Shown here: piece by piece, positions 1 through 10,241 of the stretch
How the letters are laid out: each line of letters begins with the position of its first letter
Numbering within the stretch: position 1 is the first letter of the stretch
Origin: a virus
Strand: one strand, 5' to 3'
DNA length: 64,000 nucleotides
IMG/VR virus record: IMGVR_UViG_3300034062_008235
Coordinates: 1 to 64,000 of that record
The notes under the pieces: generated by a model
What the model was told of the DNA's origin: nothing
Database searches by the model: none
The model's input: only the letters and a program-made list of their open reading frames with translations
Translations under genes and position numbers: made by a program

Positions 1-658
1 CTACTAAAAATTGGTCATAACCTCTCTGATACTCAAAATCAAGCAACATCATTTCAAGATAAAAGTTATCACCAAACATATCCTTGTATTTCAGAACCAT
101 TTCTTCTGCTTTTTCTTTTCCATATAGCTTCAAAGCTCTTGCTGCTTCTGAAGCGCAACAACAACTAGTAAAGATTATACCTTCTCTGTGTTTCTTTAAT
201 AATTCATGATTAACTCTAGGTTTCCTATAAAAACCTTGTGACCAACCAAGGCTACAAAGTTTAGTTAAGTTTTCGTAACCTTTGTTTGAAACGGCAATGG
301 CTAATATATGACTTGATGTTTTGAATGCTTCGTATTGATCAGGAGAAAGACTCTTTATGAAGTTATTTCTTTCTTCTTCGTTCTCAGTTGCTTCTGTGTG
401 AATAGGATTAACGTAAAGCTCGCAGCCAAAAACGGGCTTAAACTTCTTTTTATCAAATTGTTCTGTTTGTGAGATTAGACTTGGAATTGATGCCATAAGT
501 CCATGATCAGTAACACAAAGATAGTCGCCATGCGTACTCCATCTGTCGCAATATTCTAAAATTTTCCCAAAACCGTCAAGGATACTGTATTCGCTATGTA
601 AATGAAGGTGTTCAAATCCAACAATATTCATGTGATTAACTATCCTTGCTAATAACAA
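1..658 (-). CDS. dnaE: DNA polymerase III alpha subunit, N-terminal PHP domain (runs off the left edge; absent from the ORF track)
   Basis: Manual minus-strand translation: MNIVGFEHLHLHSEYSILDGFG..VTDHG..FGCELY..GYENL..GFYRKPRV..FYLE, matching DnaE PHP motifs. Start is TTG at 658 after a GGAGG SD, or ATG at 631. Confidence 0.93.
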   Translation of the reverse strand, partial: MLLARIVNHMNIVGFEHLHLHSEYSILDGFGKILEYCDRWSTHGDYLCVTDHGLMASIPSLISQTEQFDKKKFKPVFGCELYVNPIHTEATENEEERNNFIKSLSPDQYEAFKTSSHILAIAVSNKGYENLTKLCSLGWSQGFYRKPRVNHELLKKHREGIIFTSCCCASEAARALKLYGKEKAEEMVLKYKDMFGDNFYLEMMLLDFEYQRGYDQFLV

Positions 659-669
659 ATTACCTCCAC

Positions 670-698
670 ATTTTAACATATGGAGTTGTTTTTGTCAA
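670..698 (-). promoter_or_regulatory. sigma70-type promoter for dnaE
   Basis: Minus strand TTGACA-N17-TAAAAT with an extended -10 TG, followed by GGAGG. Confidence 0.75.
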
Positions 699-715
699 TA
701 TTCAAACCATTAATT

Positions 716-1411
716 TTAACTTAAAATGAATGTGTTCCAATGATCTAATGTTCCCACATTAACATAATTTGTTACTTCACATGCCTGAAAAACTTCTTGA
801 TTTGCTATCATGCTTGAGACAACATGAGACATGAATATTTCTTTATGTTTATCTATAATCATTTTAAAATGGTTGATAAAGCTTGTCTTTTTGCTAAACT
901 GATATCCTCCAACACAAAAATCATCTGATACAATTTTCTTTTCAACAACCGAATAAATAATATTGTCTTCATTCTTTACAACATATCCTAATTGTTCTGG
1001 ATTTTTAATTAATTTATTGTTAGAGAGTTTTGAAATGAAAACAAAATTTCCATCATTGCAGTTAAAATCAAAAAAACTGTCACAATCTCTTACTAAAAAA
1101 GATCCATCATTTTTTGTTTTCTCAAGTGTCAAAAACACTGTTTCTGCTGGACCTTTTGTTAAATGATCAATTACAACAATTTGTACAAATTCTCCAAACT
1201 TCTTTTTAACAATTTCGTAAGCATTATATTTGTCAATATGTTCTTTAAGTAATGATATGTACACATTGTTATTTTTGTGCATGTTTCCAATAACATTTTC
1301 AATCATTAATTTACCTTTATTATCTTCTAATAAATATTTTGGTTTTAAATTTGGGAATCTTGAAGATAAACCAGCACAAGGTATAATTATATCCATAATT
1401 TGTTTATCCAT
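716..1411 (-). CDS. sugar nucleotidyltransferase (NTP_transferase / GT-A fold)
   Basis: IIIPCAGLSSRF..PKYLL, GPAETV, DCD, VEKK and VGT motifs. Confidence 0.8.
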   Translation of the reverse strand: MDKQIMDIIIPCAGLSSRFPNLKPKYLLEDNKGKLMIENVIGNMHKNNNVYISLLKEHIDKYNAYEIVKKKFGEFVQIVVIDHLTKGPAETVFLTLEKTKNDGSFLVRDCDSFFDFNCNDGNFVFISKLSNNKLIKNPEQLGYVVKNEDNIIYSVVEKKIVSDDFCVGGYQFSKKTSFINHFKMIIDKHKEIFMSHVVSSMIANQEVFQACEVTNYVNVGTLDHWNTFILS

Positions 1412-2133
1412 TTCAACAAAAAACTCTTATCTTGATCGTTATCGCAATAAGGAAGAACCCTAAGTAACATCAAAATTAAAATATAATTATTATTTAATTC
1501 TGGATATATTTCAGATAATTTTTTGAATAAATAATTTATTTTATTTTCATGTTTATTAGCATGCTTTCTTGAATGCCAACCGCAAATCAAATCTTGGTTC
1601 AATTTGGCGAGATCAAACACATAAGAATCATAAACAGATGTAATGGGATCTATCAAAAAGAATTTTTGTTTTTCTGTGTTATAAAGTATGTTGTCTAAAG
1701 TCAAATCACCATGATAGATTGTTTGAGGTATAGTATCAGGCAATTTTTCTATTAGCTCGTATTTTTTAAATACTAAAAAACTAAAATCGCAATAATTTAA
1801 TTTTTCCTCATAAGTATTAATGTAATTTTTAAGAACAGTGACATGTTTAAGTGTATTAAATATGTTTTTTAAAAATTCTAATAATAAATCAATGTCATAA
1901 AAAGAAACAAATTTAATCATATCAATTGATTCTATAAATTCCATATCATAATAATTTTTTTCAATCTTTAATATTTTAGGCATTGAAATGTCAAATTCTT
2001 TCAACACTTCATATCTTTCAATATTTCTTTGAATGTTTTCAAATTTTCTAACAAAAAAATTATTATCTTTTTTTATCTTTAATATTTTGCTTTTAGAAAA
2101 GCCGTAAAATTCTTGAATTATTTGTTCCATCAA
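1387..2133 (-). CDS. APH/choline-kinase-like phosphotransferase
   Basis: YHGDLTLDNIL, FLIDP and FDLAKL motifs; overlaps the nucleotidyltransferase gene. Confidence 0.75.
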   Translation of the reverse strand: MMEQIIQEFYGFSKSKILKIKKDNNFFVRKFENIQRNIERYEVLKEFDISMPKILKIEKNYYDMEFIESIDMIKFVSFYDIDLLLEFLKNIFNTLKHVTVLKNYINTYEEKLNYCDFSFLVFKKYELIEKLPDTIPQTIYHGDLTLDNILYNTEKQKFFLIDPITSVYDSYVFDLAKLNQDLICGWHSRKHANKHENKINYLFKKLSEIYPELNNNYILILMLLRVLPYCDNDQDKSFLLKWINKLWI

Positions 2134-2184
2134 TTTCCTCGATTTTTAGTATATATGTATATATTTAAGGAACGTAATTGATAT

Positions 2185-2919
2185 ATGCTAATGATTGCGC
2201 CTGCTAAAATGAAAGTTGCAATAATTTTAAGTGGCATGCAGAATGTCTATGAAAGATCTATTGCAAGCATAAAAGAAATTGAAAAAAATTACAAAACACA
2301 TATATTTTGTCATTGTTGGGAAAATGAATCAGAAATGAGAAATTATGGATTTGAATCAATAAAATATCCATTTCCTTCTTGTCCTGCAAAAAGCGTTTTG
2401 GAAAAATATAAAAATATCAATTATAAGATATCGAAAAACAGTCTTTATAAAGATTATTTTGATAGTTTGTATGATCAAATCATTAACAAAAATGGACAAT
2501 CAAATTCAAGTCTTTTTAGTCAATTCTTTAGCATGAACAAAGCAGATAAATTAAGAAGAAATTACGAACGAGACAATTGCATGAAATTCGACATTGTGAT
2601 AAGAATGCGTTTTGATTCTTTAATAAAATCTAAGTTGGTATTTGAAAAATTTGATTTAAAAAAAATAAATGTAGAACGCAGTATGTATCATTTTGCAGAA
2701 CAGGTGCAGCCGGGCAAGCCCAAAGGAATTAATGATCAATTTGCTTTTGGACCCTCGGATTTAATGACTTATTACTTTGATGTGTTTGACGAAATGGTAA
2801 AAATAGCTAATAAAAAAAATTCACGTTTTTGTCCACATTTTATGTTAGGACAACATCTTTTAAATGGAAATATACCTGTAGACTTATTAGGAATTACAGT
2901 TAGAGTTCATCAAGACTAA
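2185..2919 (+). CDS. putative glycosyltransferase-like / surface polysaccharide protein
   Basis: KVAIILSG, FCHCW, DIVIRMRFD and INDQFAFG pattern, as in phage and capsule-locus proteins. Confidence 0.55.
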   Translation: MLMIAPAKMKVAIILSGMQNVYERSIASIKEIEKNYKTHIFCHCWENESEMRNYGFESIKYPFPSCPAKSVLEKYKNINYKISKNSLYKDYFDSLYDQIINKNGQSNSSLFSQFFSMNKADKLRRNYERDNCMKFDIVIRMRFDSLIKSKLVFEKFDLKKINVERSMYHFAEQVQPGKPKGINDQFAFGPSDLMTYYFDVFDEMVKIANKKNSRFCPHFMLGQHLLNGNIPVDLLGITVRVHQD

Positions 2920-3144
2920 TTAAACTGTATTGTTATGTACAAGACTTCTTTTGTATTGATTCTCTAACAAACATAAAGATTCACGAAGCCGATAAATTTC
3001 TTTGTTTAATCTTTCAATTGTCATTTGCTGCAAAGAGTCAATAGATTGAAGTTCTTCGTTAAGTTTTTTAAGTTGATTTATTTGATTAAACATTTCAAGA
3101 GGACTTTGTTCAATCAAAATAGAAATATCTTGAATGTCATTCAT
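2920..3144 (-). CDS. small coiled-coil hypothetical protein
   Basis: Likely start MNDIQ; heptad-like Leu/Gln/Glu pattern. Confidence 0.5.
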   Translation of the reverse strand: MNDIQDISILIEQSPLEMFNQINQLKKLNEELQSIDSLQQMTIERLNKEIYRLRESLCLLENQYKRSLVHNNTV

Positions 3145-3248
3145 AATAATCGTCCTTTTTTTGTTGGTTTGAAAAATATGCAATTGTTGTAATAACAATT
3201 GTTGTCATTGCTAAGAATAACAAATAATCTATTATTTGCATTGCCATT

Positions 3249-3995
3249 TTATGTCTTCACCAAGCCAATCGTTCTTCCACGCAAGTCTCTCCATCCTACC
3301 ATGTTTGGTCCTTCAATATCAAGATTTTTCAATAATAAAAGCCCATTTTTTTCTATTTTGTCCATATAAAAAGAAACATCAACGGGCTTGCTCATTGTGT
3401 CTAGATATAAAATTTTATATTTTTTGTCTTTTTCTAATTGGTAATTTATATTCATATGTTTTCCAAATATATGAGAATTTTTAACAACAAAATCATCCAT
3501 GACTAATGCTTCTGCATTACTCTCTGTGAAAAATAAAGACCATATATAACTAAATGGCATAAAAGAATAGTAATCGCTTAATTTGTAAAATAACTTTGGT
3601 TTATTTTGTGAATAAAATTGCCAAGATTCATTAAACATTTTAAACAAATCGATCCTATTGTAATCTCTAAGAACAAAATTTTTATGTGTATCTGAATCAA
3701 ATTCCAATTTACATTCAGAAAACATACCTTTTAAAAGGATATGCTCGCAGTGTTTTTTAATATGAGTTTCAATTAATTGTAATTCTTGCAATACATTATC
3801 TGAAAAAAATATATTAACAAAGGTTTTATGGCTAAGAATGCTTCTAACAAAAAACGAATTAGCTATCGAATGATCGCAAAACAAATAATTTTTATAATTT
3901 TTATTTTTTAGGCTTTCATCAAATTTTTGATACCACTTAGTAAAAGGCAATCCCGGAGCATTTTGAAAAATAAATCTAAAATCTGGATAATTCAT
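3249..3995 (-). CDS. hypothetical protein, coupled downstream of spoVR
   Basis: 248 aa ORF with a 4-bp ATGA overlap with spoVR. Confidence 0.65.
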   Translation of the reverse strand: MNYPDFRFIFQNAPGLPFTKWYQKFDESLKNKNYKNYLFCDHSIANSFFVRSILSHKTFVNIFFSDNVLQELQLIETHIKKHCEHILLKGMFSECKLEFDSDTHKNFVLRDYNRIDLFKMFNESWQFYSQNKPKLFYKLSDYYSFMPFSYIWSLFFTESNAEALVMDDFVVKNSHIFGKHMNINYQLEKDKKYKILYLDTMSKPVDVSFYMDKIEKNGLLLLKNLDIEGPNMVGWRDLRGRTIGLVKT

Positions 3996-5587
3996 AGTTT
4001 ATTCAATTGCTCCCTAGTAATTGATTTTGGATCAGCTGAATCATAATCACCATTCATATCCTGACAATAATAAAAAACTTCGTCGCCATTATGGTTTTTA
4101 GTTTCTAAAACAACTGGCTGTCTCATTAAGGAACAAATAGACTTCATTACTTCGTATGCATAAGGTTTATAAAGTTCGATACCTTCCCACTTATGTTCCA
4201 TAAAAAACATATTACCTTTAAATCTTGGCTCAATCAATTTAATTGATGGTAATCCTCGATTAATATATTTCCTAAGCAACTCTTTCTTGATCTTCTTGTA
4301 ATCTCTACTTTCAATCTTAACTTCACCATTTGGATATCTTTTGTATTCAAAAAATTCGTTCTTTTCGCAAAAATCTTTAGTAAAAAATTCATTAATAAAT
4401 TGATAATCATCATAGTTTTTGCAAACTTCAAAAACTTTTTGCTTACCAAGACCAAGCTTTAGATCCCAATTTTCTTTCTCAAGAGGATCAGCACAGTTTT
4501 CATAATCTGTACCAAATCTACCCTTGTCCCATCTTTCCTCAATATCCATCAAAAGAGTGAATCCAAGTTTATATGGATTCATACTATACTTACCACCAAG
4601 AACACCAGCCTTATGAATTGAATATTCCACAATCCCAGCATCTTCTGTTTCTTGACCAAGGCTACAATAACCTTGTTTTGCAATAATGTGATAATCGCAA
4701 TAACTCGCAAGTCCTTCATTCAATGCTTTGGTTTTACCTTGTGGGCTAAAATAAATTGCTTCATTATAAAGAATTTCTGCAATATCTCGTTGCCAAGGTT
4801 TGAATGGCGCATTTTCTTTAATATAACCAAATATATCAGTCTCTGGTGTAATAAGAAGATTAAGATCTTGCATAATCTCACGTTCTTCAATTTTCTTGTT
4901 TTGAGTTTTTATAAAAGATTTAGTGTTAATCCAATCTTCCATGTAATCATTTTTTGTTTTAATCCTTCGTGGAAATACATAATCTTTATTATCTGTGATG
5001 ACAACGTCTTTTGCTTTTCTTTCTTTCCATATATTCATTGGATCGACAAGCGTTTCTATCCTAAATAAATGATCCATAAATTCAGTAACAGTCTCTCTTC
5101 CATATCGAGACATATACTTTCTTACATTTGATCCATTGTTGGCAAGCTCATTGTGAGCATTCGTATTAGTTCTAGAAAAATGAATGTTGTTTTTGAAAAA
5201 ATGACAATGCCCAAGAGCATGAGCAATAACTGTAATATTATCAAGTAAAGTGTTTGAATTTAGGCAATACAAGTAACATGGTGAAGAATTAATCACCATT
5301 TCATATATTCTATGATTGCCATATAGATATCCTCTTTGCATTTCCTCGTATTCTGCACCAAATTTCCAATGAGGAAACCTTACTGCAAAGCCGCCGTAGC
5401 TTGCAACTTCAGACATTTCATCATGAGAAAGCATTTGAACAATAGTAGGGTAAAAATCCAAACCAAAATCTTTACAAGCTTGAAAAATAGTGGGAATATG
5501 TTTTTGTAATTCTTCTGGAATGGGCACACCGGGAGTGGTTGCTGATCCAAACAAAACTGGTGAGCCGAATAAGAATTTATCTGACAT
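3992..5587 (-). CDS. spoVR: SpoVR/YcgB family protein
   Basis: FGLDFYP, RFPHWKFG, IYEMVINSSPCY, IAHALGHCHFFKNN, WQRDI, TKALNEGLASY and NPYKLG motifs. Confidence 0.95.
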   Translation of the reverse strand: MSDKFLFGSPVLFGSATTPGVPIPEELQKHIPTIFQACKDFGLDFYPTIVQMLSHDEMSEVASYGGFAVRFPHWKFGAEYEEMQRGYLYGNHRIYEMVINSSPCYLYCLNSNTLLDNITVIAHALGHCHFFKNNIHFSRTNTNAHNELANNGSNVRKYMSRYGRETVTEFMDHLFRIETLVDPMNIWKERKAKDVVITDNKDYVFPRRIKTKNDYMEDWINTKSFIKTQNKKIEEREIMQDLNLLITPETDIFGYIKENAPFKPWQRDIAEILYNEAIYFSPQGKTKALNEGLASYCDYHIIAKQGYCSLGQETEDAGIVEYSIHKAGVLGGKYSMNPYKLGFTLLMDIEERWDKGRFGTDYENCADPLEKENWDLKLGLGKQKVFEVCKNYDDYQFINEFFTKDFCEKNEFFEYKRYPNGEVKIESRDYKKIKKELLRKYINRGLPSIKLIEPRFKGNMFFMEHKWEGIELYKPYAYEVMKSICSLMRQPVVLETKNHNGDEVFYYCQDMNGDYDSADPKSITREQLNKL

Positions 5588-5589
5588 GA

Positions 5590-6777
5590 TTAAAACACCC
5601 GATTGGCACTTTGGAAAGGAGACCCTAAAATATCTTTAATAGCTTTCAGAATAGCTTCATTTCTTCTTTCTTCGCTATTGATAACATCAAATGGAATTTC
5701 TGCAACAACCACATTGTCTTCTAAATCGCCTTCTACAATAGCTTTCTCAACAGATTCTGCAACGCTGTGGTTGTAAGCATAAGCTCCTATTTGAGTTACA
5801 GCAACGAGATTTACAATATTTTGACCAAACTCTTTCTTTAACAGTGAAACAAAAACTTCATTATCATTGTCATAGTTTTCACCATCAGTAAAATAAAAGA
5901 AATAGATGTTCCAATTGTTTGGAGGAAATCTGTTTTCAAATTGTTTTGCGACTAGATCTAAAGCTGTAGAGCATGTGGTGCCACCGCCATTTCTTATCCT
6001 GTAGAAATCTTTGGCATCGACTTCATGAGCGGCAACATCGTGCCATACATAAAGTCTTTCTACTCGTTCATAAAAATTTCGAATATAAGTATCAATCCAA
6101 TATGCCATGTCAGAAACAACGGACACTTTCCTGTCGTCCATAGATCCACTAGCATCTCTGGCAAAGATAACCACAGCATTGCTGGACGGAAATTTAATTT
6201 CTTTGTATTGTCGATATCTTTTGTCAGAGTTAATTGGATTAATCATCTTGACTTTATCTTTAACACCGGGAATTTCATATAAATTGTTAATTTCTCCAGT
6301 TCCGCATAGACGCTTCATTGCTGTAAGCATTGTTCTGCGTGTATGACGAAGAGATTCTGGACCAACAAGAGAAATATTGTTGTATTTTATTTTTATGTCT
6401 TCAAGATTAGCTTGTTGTTTAGGTTTAAGGTCAGGGAGTTGCAATTCATCTTTCATAAAATGAAGGATGTCTTCCATGTCAATCTGAACGATAATGCCTT
6501 CACTTTCATCCTGCCCTGCACCGTTACCTTGTCCTTGACCTTTGTCTTTCCCTAAGACATCACCTTCTTGACCATCTCCACGTCCAACACCATTGGGATT
6601 TTTCCCGTGAAGAAAATGAGGAATGTCAATTGCAGGAATCTTTATAGAAACTTTGCCATTTTTACCACGGTGACGAAAAATTTCACCACTTTTGATGAAC
6701 TTCTTTAAGTTCTTTCTAATCCTACCGCTGACCACATCCCTAAAGTCTTTGTGGTCAGAATCAATCCTTCTGGGCAA
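5590..6777 (-). CDS. yeaH: YeaH/YhbH (DUF444) vWA-domain protein
   Basis: LQLPDLKPK, DKRYR, MIDAS-like DASGSM, GGTTCS, WNIYFFYFTDGEN; TTG start after AAGGAG. Confidence 0.93.
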   Translation of the reverse strand: MPRRIDSDHKDFRDVVSGRIRKNLKKFIKSGEIFRHRGKNGKVSIKIPAIDIPHFLHGKNPNGVGRGDGQEGDVLGKDKGQGQGNGAGQDESEGIIVQIDMEDILHFMKDELQLPDLKPKQQANLEDIKIKYNNISLVGPESLRHTRRTMLTAMKRLCGTGEINNLYEIPGVKDKVKMINPINSDKRYRQYKEIKFPSSNAVVIFARDASGSMDDRKVSVVSDMAYWIDTYIRNFYERVERLYVWHDVAAHEVDAKDFYRIRNGGGTTCSTALDLVAKQFENRFPPNNWNIYFFYFTDGENYDNDNEVFVSLLKKEFGQNIVNLVAVTQIGAYAYNHSVAESVEKAIVEGDLEDNVVVAEIPFDVINSEERRNEAILKAIKDILGSPFQSANRVF

Positions 6778-6793
6778 TTTTATTCTCCTTAAA

Positions 6794-8869
6794 TTAGAAC
6801 AGATCTTCTGCTAGATCGCCTCTTGCAAAAATACTGCTTACATAATCAAGCACATCTGTTGCGCTCTGCTCATTATAACCATATTTTTCAACAAGTCTTT
6901 GCTTAACCGCATCAATCTTCTTTTGAACATCTGGGTCAACTGTTGTCGCTCCAGATGAAAATGCACTTAGCTTAATGTGATCTTTTGTGTCTTCAAACAA
7001 TTTTGCTTCCAAAGCTTTCTTAAGGAGGGAATTACTATCCCACCTAAAAACCTTTTGTTTAATAGCAAGATCACCAATAAATGCCGCAATCATTCTTCGG
7101 AAGTCATCACAAGTAGATTCTGGAACATCAATCTTACTCTCAATAGATCGCATTAATTTTTCATCTGGACTTTCTTCTCGTCCAGTAATCTTATTGGTAA
7201 TTTTTGCTTTATTAATGTAAGCCATCAAATTGTCGATATAATTTGCACAAAGCCTGACAATTGCTTCTTCATCTCCAACAAGAGCCTTTTGAACTTCATT
7301 CTTAAGAATGTCATCAAGCTTCTTAGTTGCAAGAGTAACACAGTTTTGATACTTGCGCACCAAATCTTTATTAGAAATAAGAGAATGATTATCAAGTCCA
7401 CTCTTTAAGGCATTTAACACCATGAATGGATTGATGTAATCATGTCTGCTTGACAGCGTAGAAGAAATCTTGTCCTGCACATACCTTGCAGACATACCAG
7501 TCATGCCTTCATTCGGATTCTTATCTCTGAGTTCACGAACTCTATCAATTGTCCATCCGGGCAACATCTTTCCATCGTAAAGATCTGCCTTTTCAGTCAA
7601 AGTAATCTTATTGTCCTTATCATCTTCCAAACGTGTCAACACTGAAAACAATGCAGCAATCTGCAAAGTATGAGGAGCAATATGTTGCTTAATCTTATTC
7701 AAATTATAATCTTGTTCCAACACCTTAAGCTCCTTGCTCCATTCCAAGAGATAAGGAACTTCAATTCTTACAGTTCTGTCCTTTAAAGCTTCCATGTATT
7801 GGTTATTCTTTAACTTTTCGTACTCAGGAATGTTAGTGTGTCCAATGATAGCTTCGTCAATACTAATCTGAGAAAACTTCTTAGGCTTGATTGACTTCTC
7901 TTGTGATGCTCCGAGAAGATCATACAAGAAAGCTGTTTCAAGCTTTAACATTTCAATGAATTCAATAACACCACGATTAGCAACGCAGAATTCCCCATCA
8001 AAATTGAATGTTCTTGGATCAGAATCACTTCCAAATGTTGGCAATAAAGCGAAATTAATATCACCAGTAAGCTCTGTACTATCTTGGTTCTTTTCGTCTT
8101 TAGGTTGGAAAGAAGCAATGCCAACTCTATCTGCTTCAGAATATTGCTTTCGGACAACAACAATGTGGTTGTTTACAACTTTAACCCAATCTCCATTATA
8201 CATCTTGAGTAATTTGTCAAAGAAAAACTTACATTTTGGATTGATTTCACCTTCTACAGCAAGACTATAGAGAGTTGTTCTTTGTGATGGGTCAGCATTG
8301 CCGCTATGAATCTTATTTAGTTCATCAAGTACTTGCTTCCTTACTGTAAGGGGAAGAAGCTTCAAAGGATCTTCATTCATTGGGCAATCACAAACATCGC
8401 TTGTATAAAATCCATTCTGTCCTGTTGGGAGATTAACCCATTTATATGAATACCAAGCACCATTTTCAGTCTTGGAATAATCTTCCATGTTACGTTTAAT
8501 TAATCGACAAATAGTAGATTTAGCAGAACCTACAGGTCCGCATAGAAGAAGTATGCGTTTTTCTGGACCATAATGTCCGGCTGCGCCCTTGAAATGAGCA
8601 ACCAAAGACTCAAGCTGTTCTTCAATACCAAAAACTTTAATTTCTTCATGGTTCTCAAAAAACTTATAAGTTACGATCTTCTTGCGATACTTATCAATTT
8701 CTTCTGTTCCAAATGAAGTAATCATGTCGTAAATTCTTTGATGAGAATTACGAGCCAATTTTGGATTGTTATAACATCTGTTAATATATTCTTCAAAGCC
8801 AAGCTCTTCATGGAGCTTTTTGTAATCATCAAGATTATTGTTATTAGCGAACTGTGTTAAACTAACCAT
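6794..8869 (-). CDS. prkA: PrkA/YeaG AAA+ serine protein kinase
   Basis: Walker A GPVGSAKST, DEKNQDSTELTG, ANRGVIEFIEMLK, HTN, EALKDR, HIAPHTL and GMSARY motifs. Confidence 0.96.
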   Translation of the reverse strand: MVSLTQFANNNNLDDYKKLHEELGFEEYINRCYNNPKLARNSHQRIYDMITSFGTEEIDKYRKKIVTYKFFENHEEIKVFGIEEQLESLVAHFKGAAGHYGPEKRILLLCGPVGSAKSTICRLIKRNMEDYSKTENGAWYSYKWVNLPTGQNGFYTSDVCDCPMNEDPLKLLPLTVRKQVLDELNKIHSGNADPSQRTTLYSLAVEGEINPKCKFFFDKLLKMYNGDWVKVVNNHIVVVRKQYSEADRVGIASFQPKDEKNQDSTELTGDINFALLPTFGSDSDPRTFNFDGEFCVANRGVIEFIEMLKLETAFLYDLLGASQEKSIKPKKFSQISIDEAIIGHTNIPEYEKLKNNQYMEALKDRTVRIEVPYLLEWSKELKVLEQDYNLNKIKQHIAPHTLQIAALFSVLTRLEDDKDNKITLTEKADLYDGKMLPGWTIDRVRELRDKNPNEGMTGMSARYVQDKISSTLSSRHDYINPFMVLNALKSGLDNHSLISNKDLVRKYQNCVTLATKKLDDILKNEVQKALVGDEEAIVRLCANYIDNLMAYINKAKITNKITGREESPDEKLMRSIESKIDVPESTCDDFRRMIAAFIGDLAIKQKVFRWDSNSLLKKALEAKLFEDTKDHIKLSAFSSGATTVDPDVQKKIDAVKQRLVEKYGYNEQSATDVLDYVSSIFARGDLAEDLF

Positions 8870-8870
8870 A

Positions 8871-9197
8871 TTATTCTACCTCTCCAAAGTGGTTACCACT
8901 GGAAATATCATCAATACGCCTATATGGATTTTCTCCAGCGTTTGATGCTTTTTCTGCGTCTCTACGAAGATTCTGAGCTTGTTCTAGATTGTAACCTGCA
9001 CGATAATTAAAATTGTCAAATTTGCTCGTATCTTTCGGTTGAGCAAATTTGACATTGGCATCATTTAACAGTTTTTTCTTTTTCTTTGAATTACAATGTG
9101 GACATGAGACACTAGCATATCGACCTTTAGGATCGAACAATACTAGTGACTCATAATTTTTATTACAATTATTACACAAAAAATTATATGTAGGCAA
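8871..9197 (-). CDS. FmdB-like zinc-ribbon protein
   Basis: (M)PTYNFLCNNC...CPHCNS; likely TTG start at 9197. Confidence 0.75.
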   Translation of the reverse strand: MPTYNFLCNNCNKNYESLVLFDPKGRYASVSCPHCNSKKKKKLLNDANVKFAQPKDTSKFDNFNYRAGYNLEQAQNLRRDAEKASNAGENPYRRIDDISSGNHFGEVE

Positions 9198-9243
9198 GAT
9201 ACTAACCCCTGAACCAACCTTAAAATAGTATGGTTCAGGAAAA

Positions 9244-9525
9244 TCATTCACTGATAATTTTTTTTATTTCTTCATATACAATTTTAACTTTTTTCATTCT
9301 AGAAGGAATAGACATGAATGACCACATCCATGAACCTTTACAAATTTTATATGCTTCTTCAATAAGCTTAGCTTGTATTTCTTGTTCTATGAGTATGTTT
9401 TGCTCCATCTGCATAGCAACCATCTGTGAGTCGATGAAGGCATTTTCCTTATCATTTTCATCTTCATCTTCATCCTCATCCTCGAACCCATCATCGCCAT
9501 AAGCAAAATCAAACCTGTTCTTCAT
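9244..9525 (-). CDS. acidic hypothetical protein
   Basis: Poly-ED tract; GGAGG SD upstream. Confidence 0.6.
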   Translation of the reverse strand: MKNRFDFAYGDDGFEDEDEDEDENDKENAFIDSQMVAMQMEQNILIEQEIQAKLIEEAYKICKGSWMWSFMSIPSRMKKVKIVYEEIKKIISE

Positions 9526-10102
9526 GGCGAACCTCCTGATTTAAAAGAGTTCTTATGCTTTTGGCATCTTCCCATATAGATTCTAATTTAATCTGATTTA
9601 AACTTTTATCTCTAGAGAATAAACCGATATTATTTACTAGCTTGTGCCTAACTTCTTCAAAATTATTTTTAATATCCCAAAATGTCGCATGACAGTACTT
9701 ATTTACTGCTATATCTTCAATTAAAAATTCTTCATTATCTGGTGTCTCAGAACGCATAATCATAAAATCACTATCAAAATTTTTATTAAATTTAAATTTT
9801 CGCATACAAAAAACATTAGAAGTTACAATTGCGTAAGACTTATCCCAGATGTCAATATCTATAAGCTGATTCGGATGGAAGCAATCATGAATATAAATTA
9901 CAGGAAAATTTAGTTTTCTAGCCCACCCAGCAAAATCAAAAGAAGGATTTCCAACAACAATAATAATTGGATTTATTTTTGGCAAATATTTAAAAAATGA
10001 GAACCAACATAAAAACGAAAAAATATCATGAGGTTTGTGCGGAGGGACAATAATTCCTAAATTAAATTTTGAATAATCGGTTTTTGGAAATAAAAGCATC
10101 AA
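9509..10102 (-). CDS. hypothetical protein
   Basis: 197 aa ORF co-oriented with and overlapping the next gene. Confidence 0.55.
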   Translation of the reverse strand: MMLLFPKTDYSKFNLGIIVPPHKPHDIFSFLCWFSFFKYLPKINPIIIVVGNPSFDFAGWARKLNFPVIYIHDCFHPNQLIDIDIWDKSYAIVTSNVFCMRKFKFNKNFDSDFMIMRSETPDNEEFLIEDIAVNKYCHATFWDIKNNFEEVRHKLVNNIGLFSRDKSLNQIKLESIWEDAKSIRTLLNQEVRHEEQV

Positions 10103-10241
10103 ATCTTAAAGAGTTTTTTCATTTCTTTTTTTGCAGAAGCTGGTTGTGGATTTTGATAATTCATCCTCAATACAGTAAAAGAATTATGGCGTTTACCACC
10201 ATGACCGTTAGCCTCATCCATTTTAATGAATTCTTTAAAAG

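Noticed and set aside
3992-8869. spoVR/prkA as evidence for a sporulating Firmicute host or a bacterial contig
   Set aside because: The triad is widespread in non-sporulators, hldE points to a Gram-negative host, and the flanking context is phage-like.
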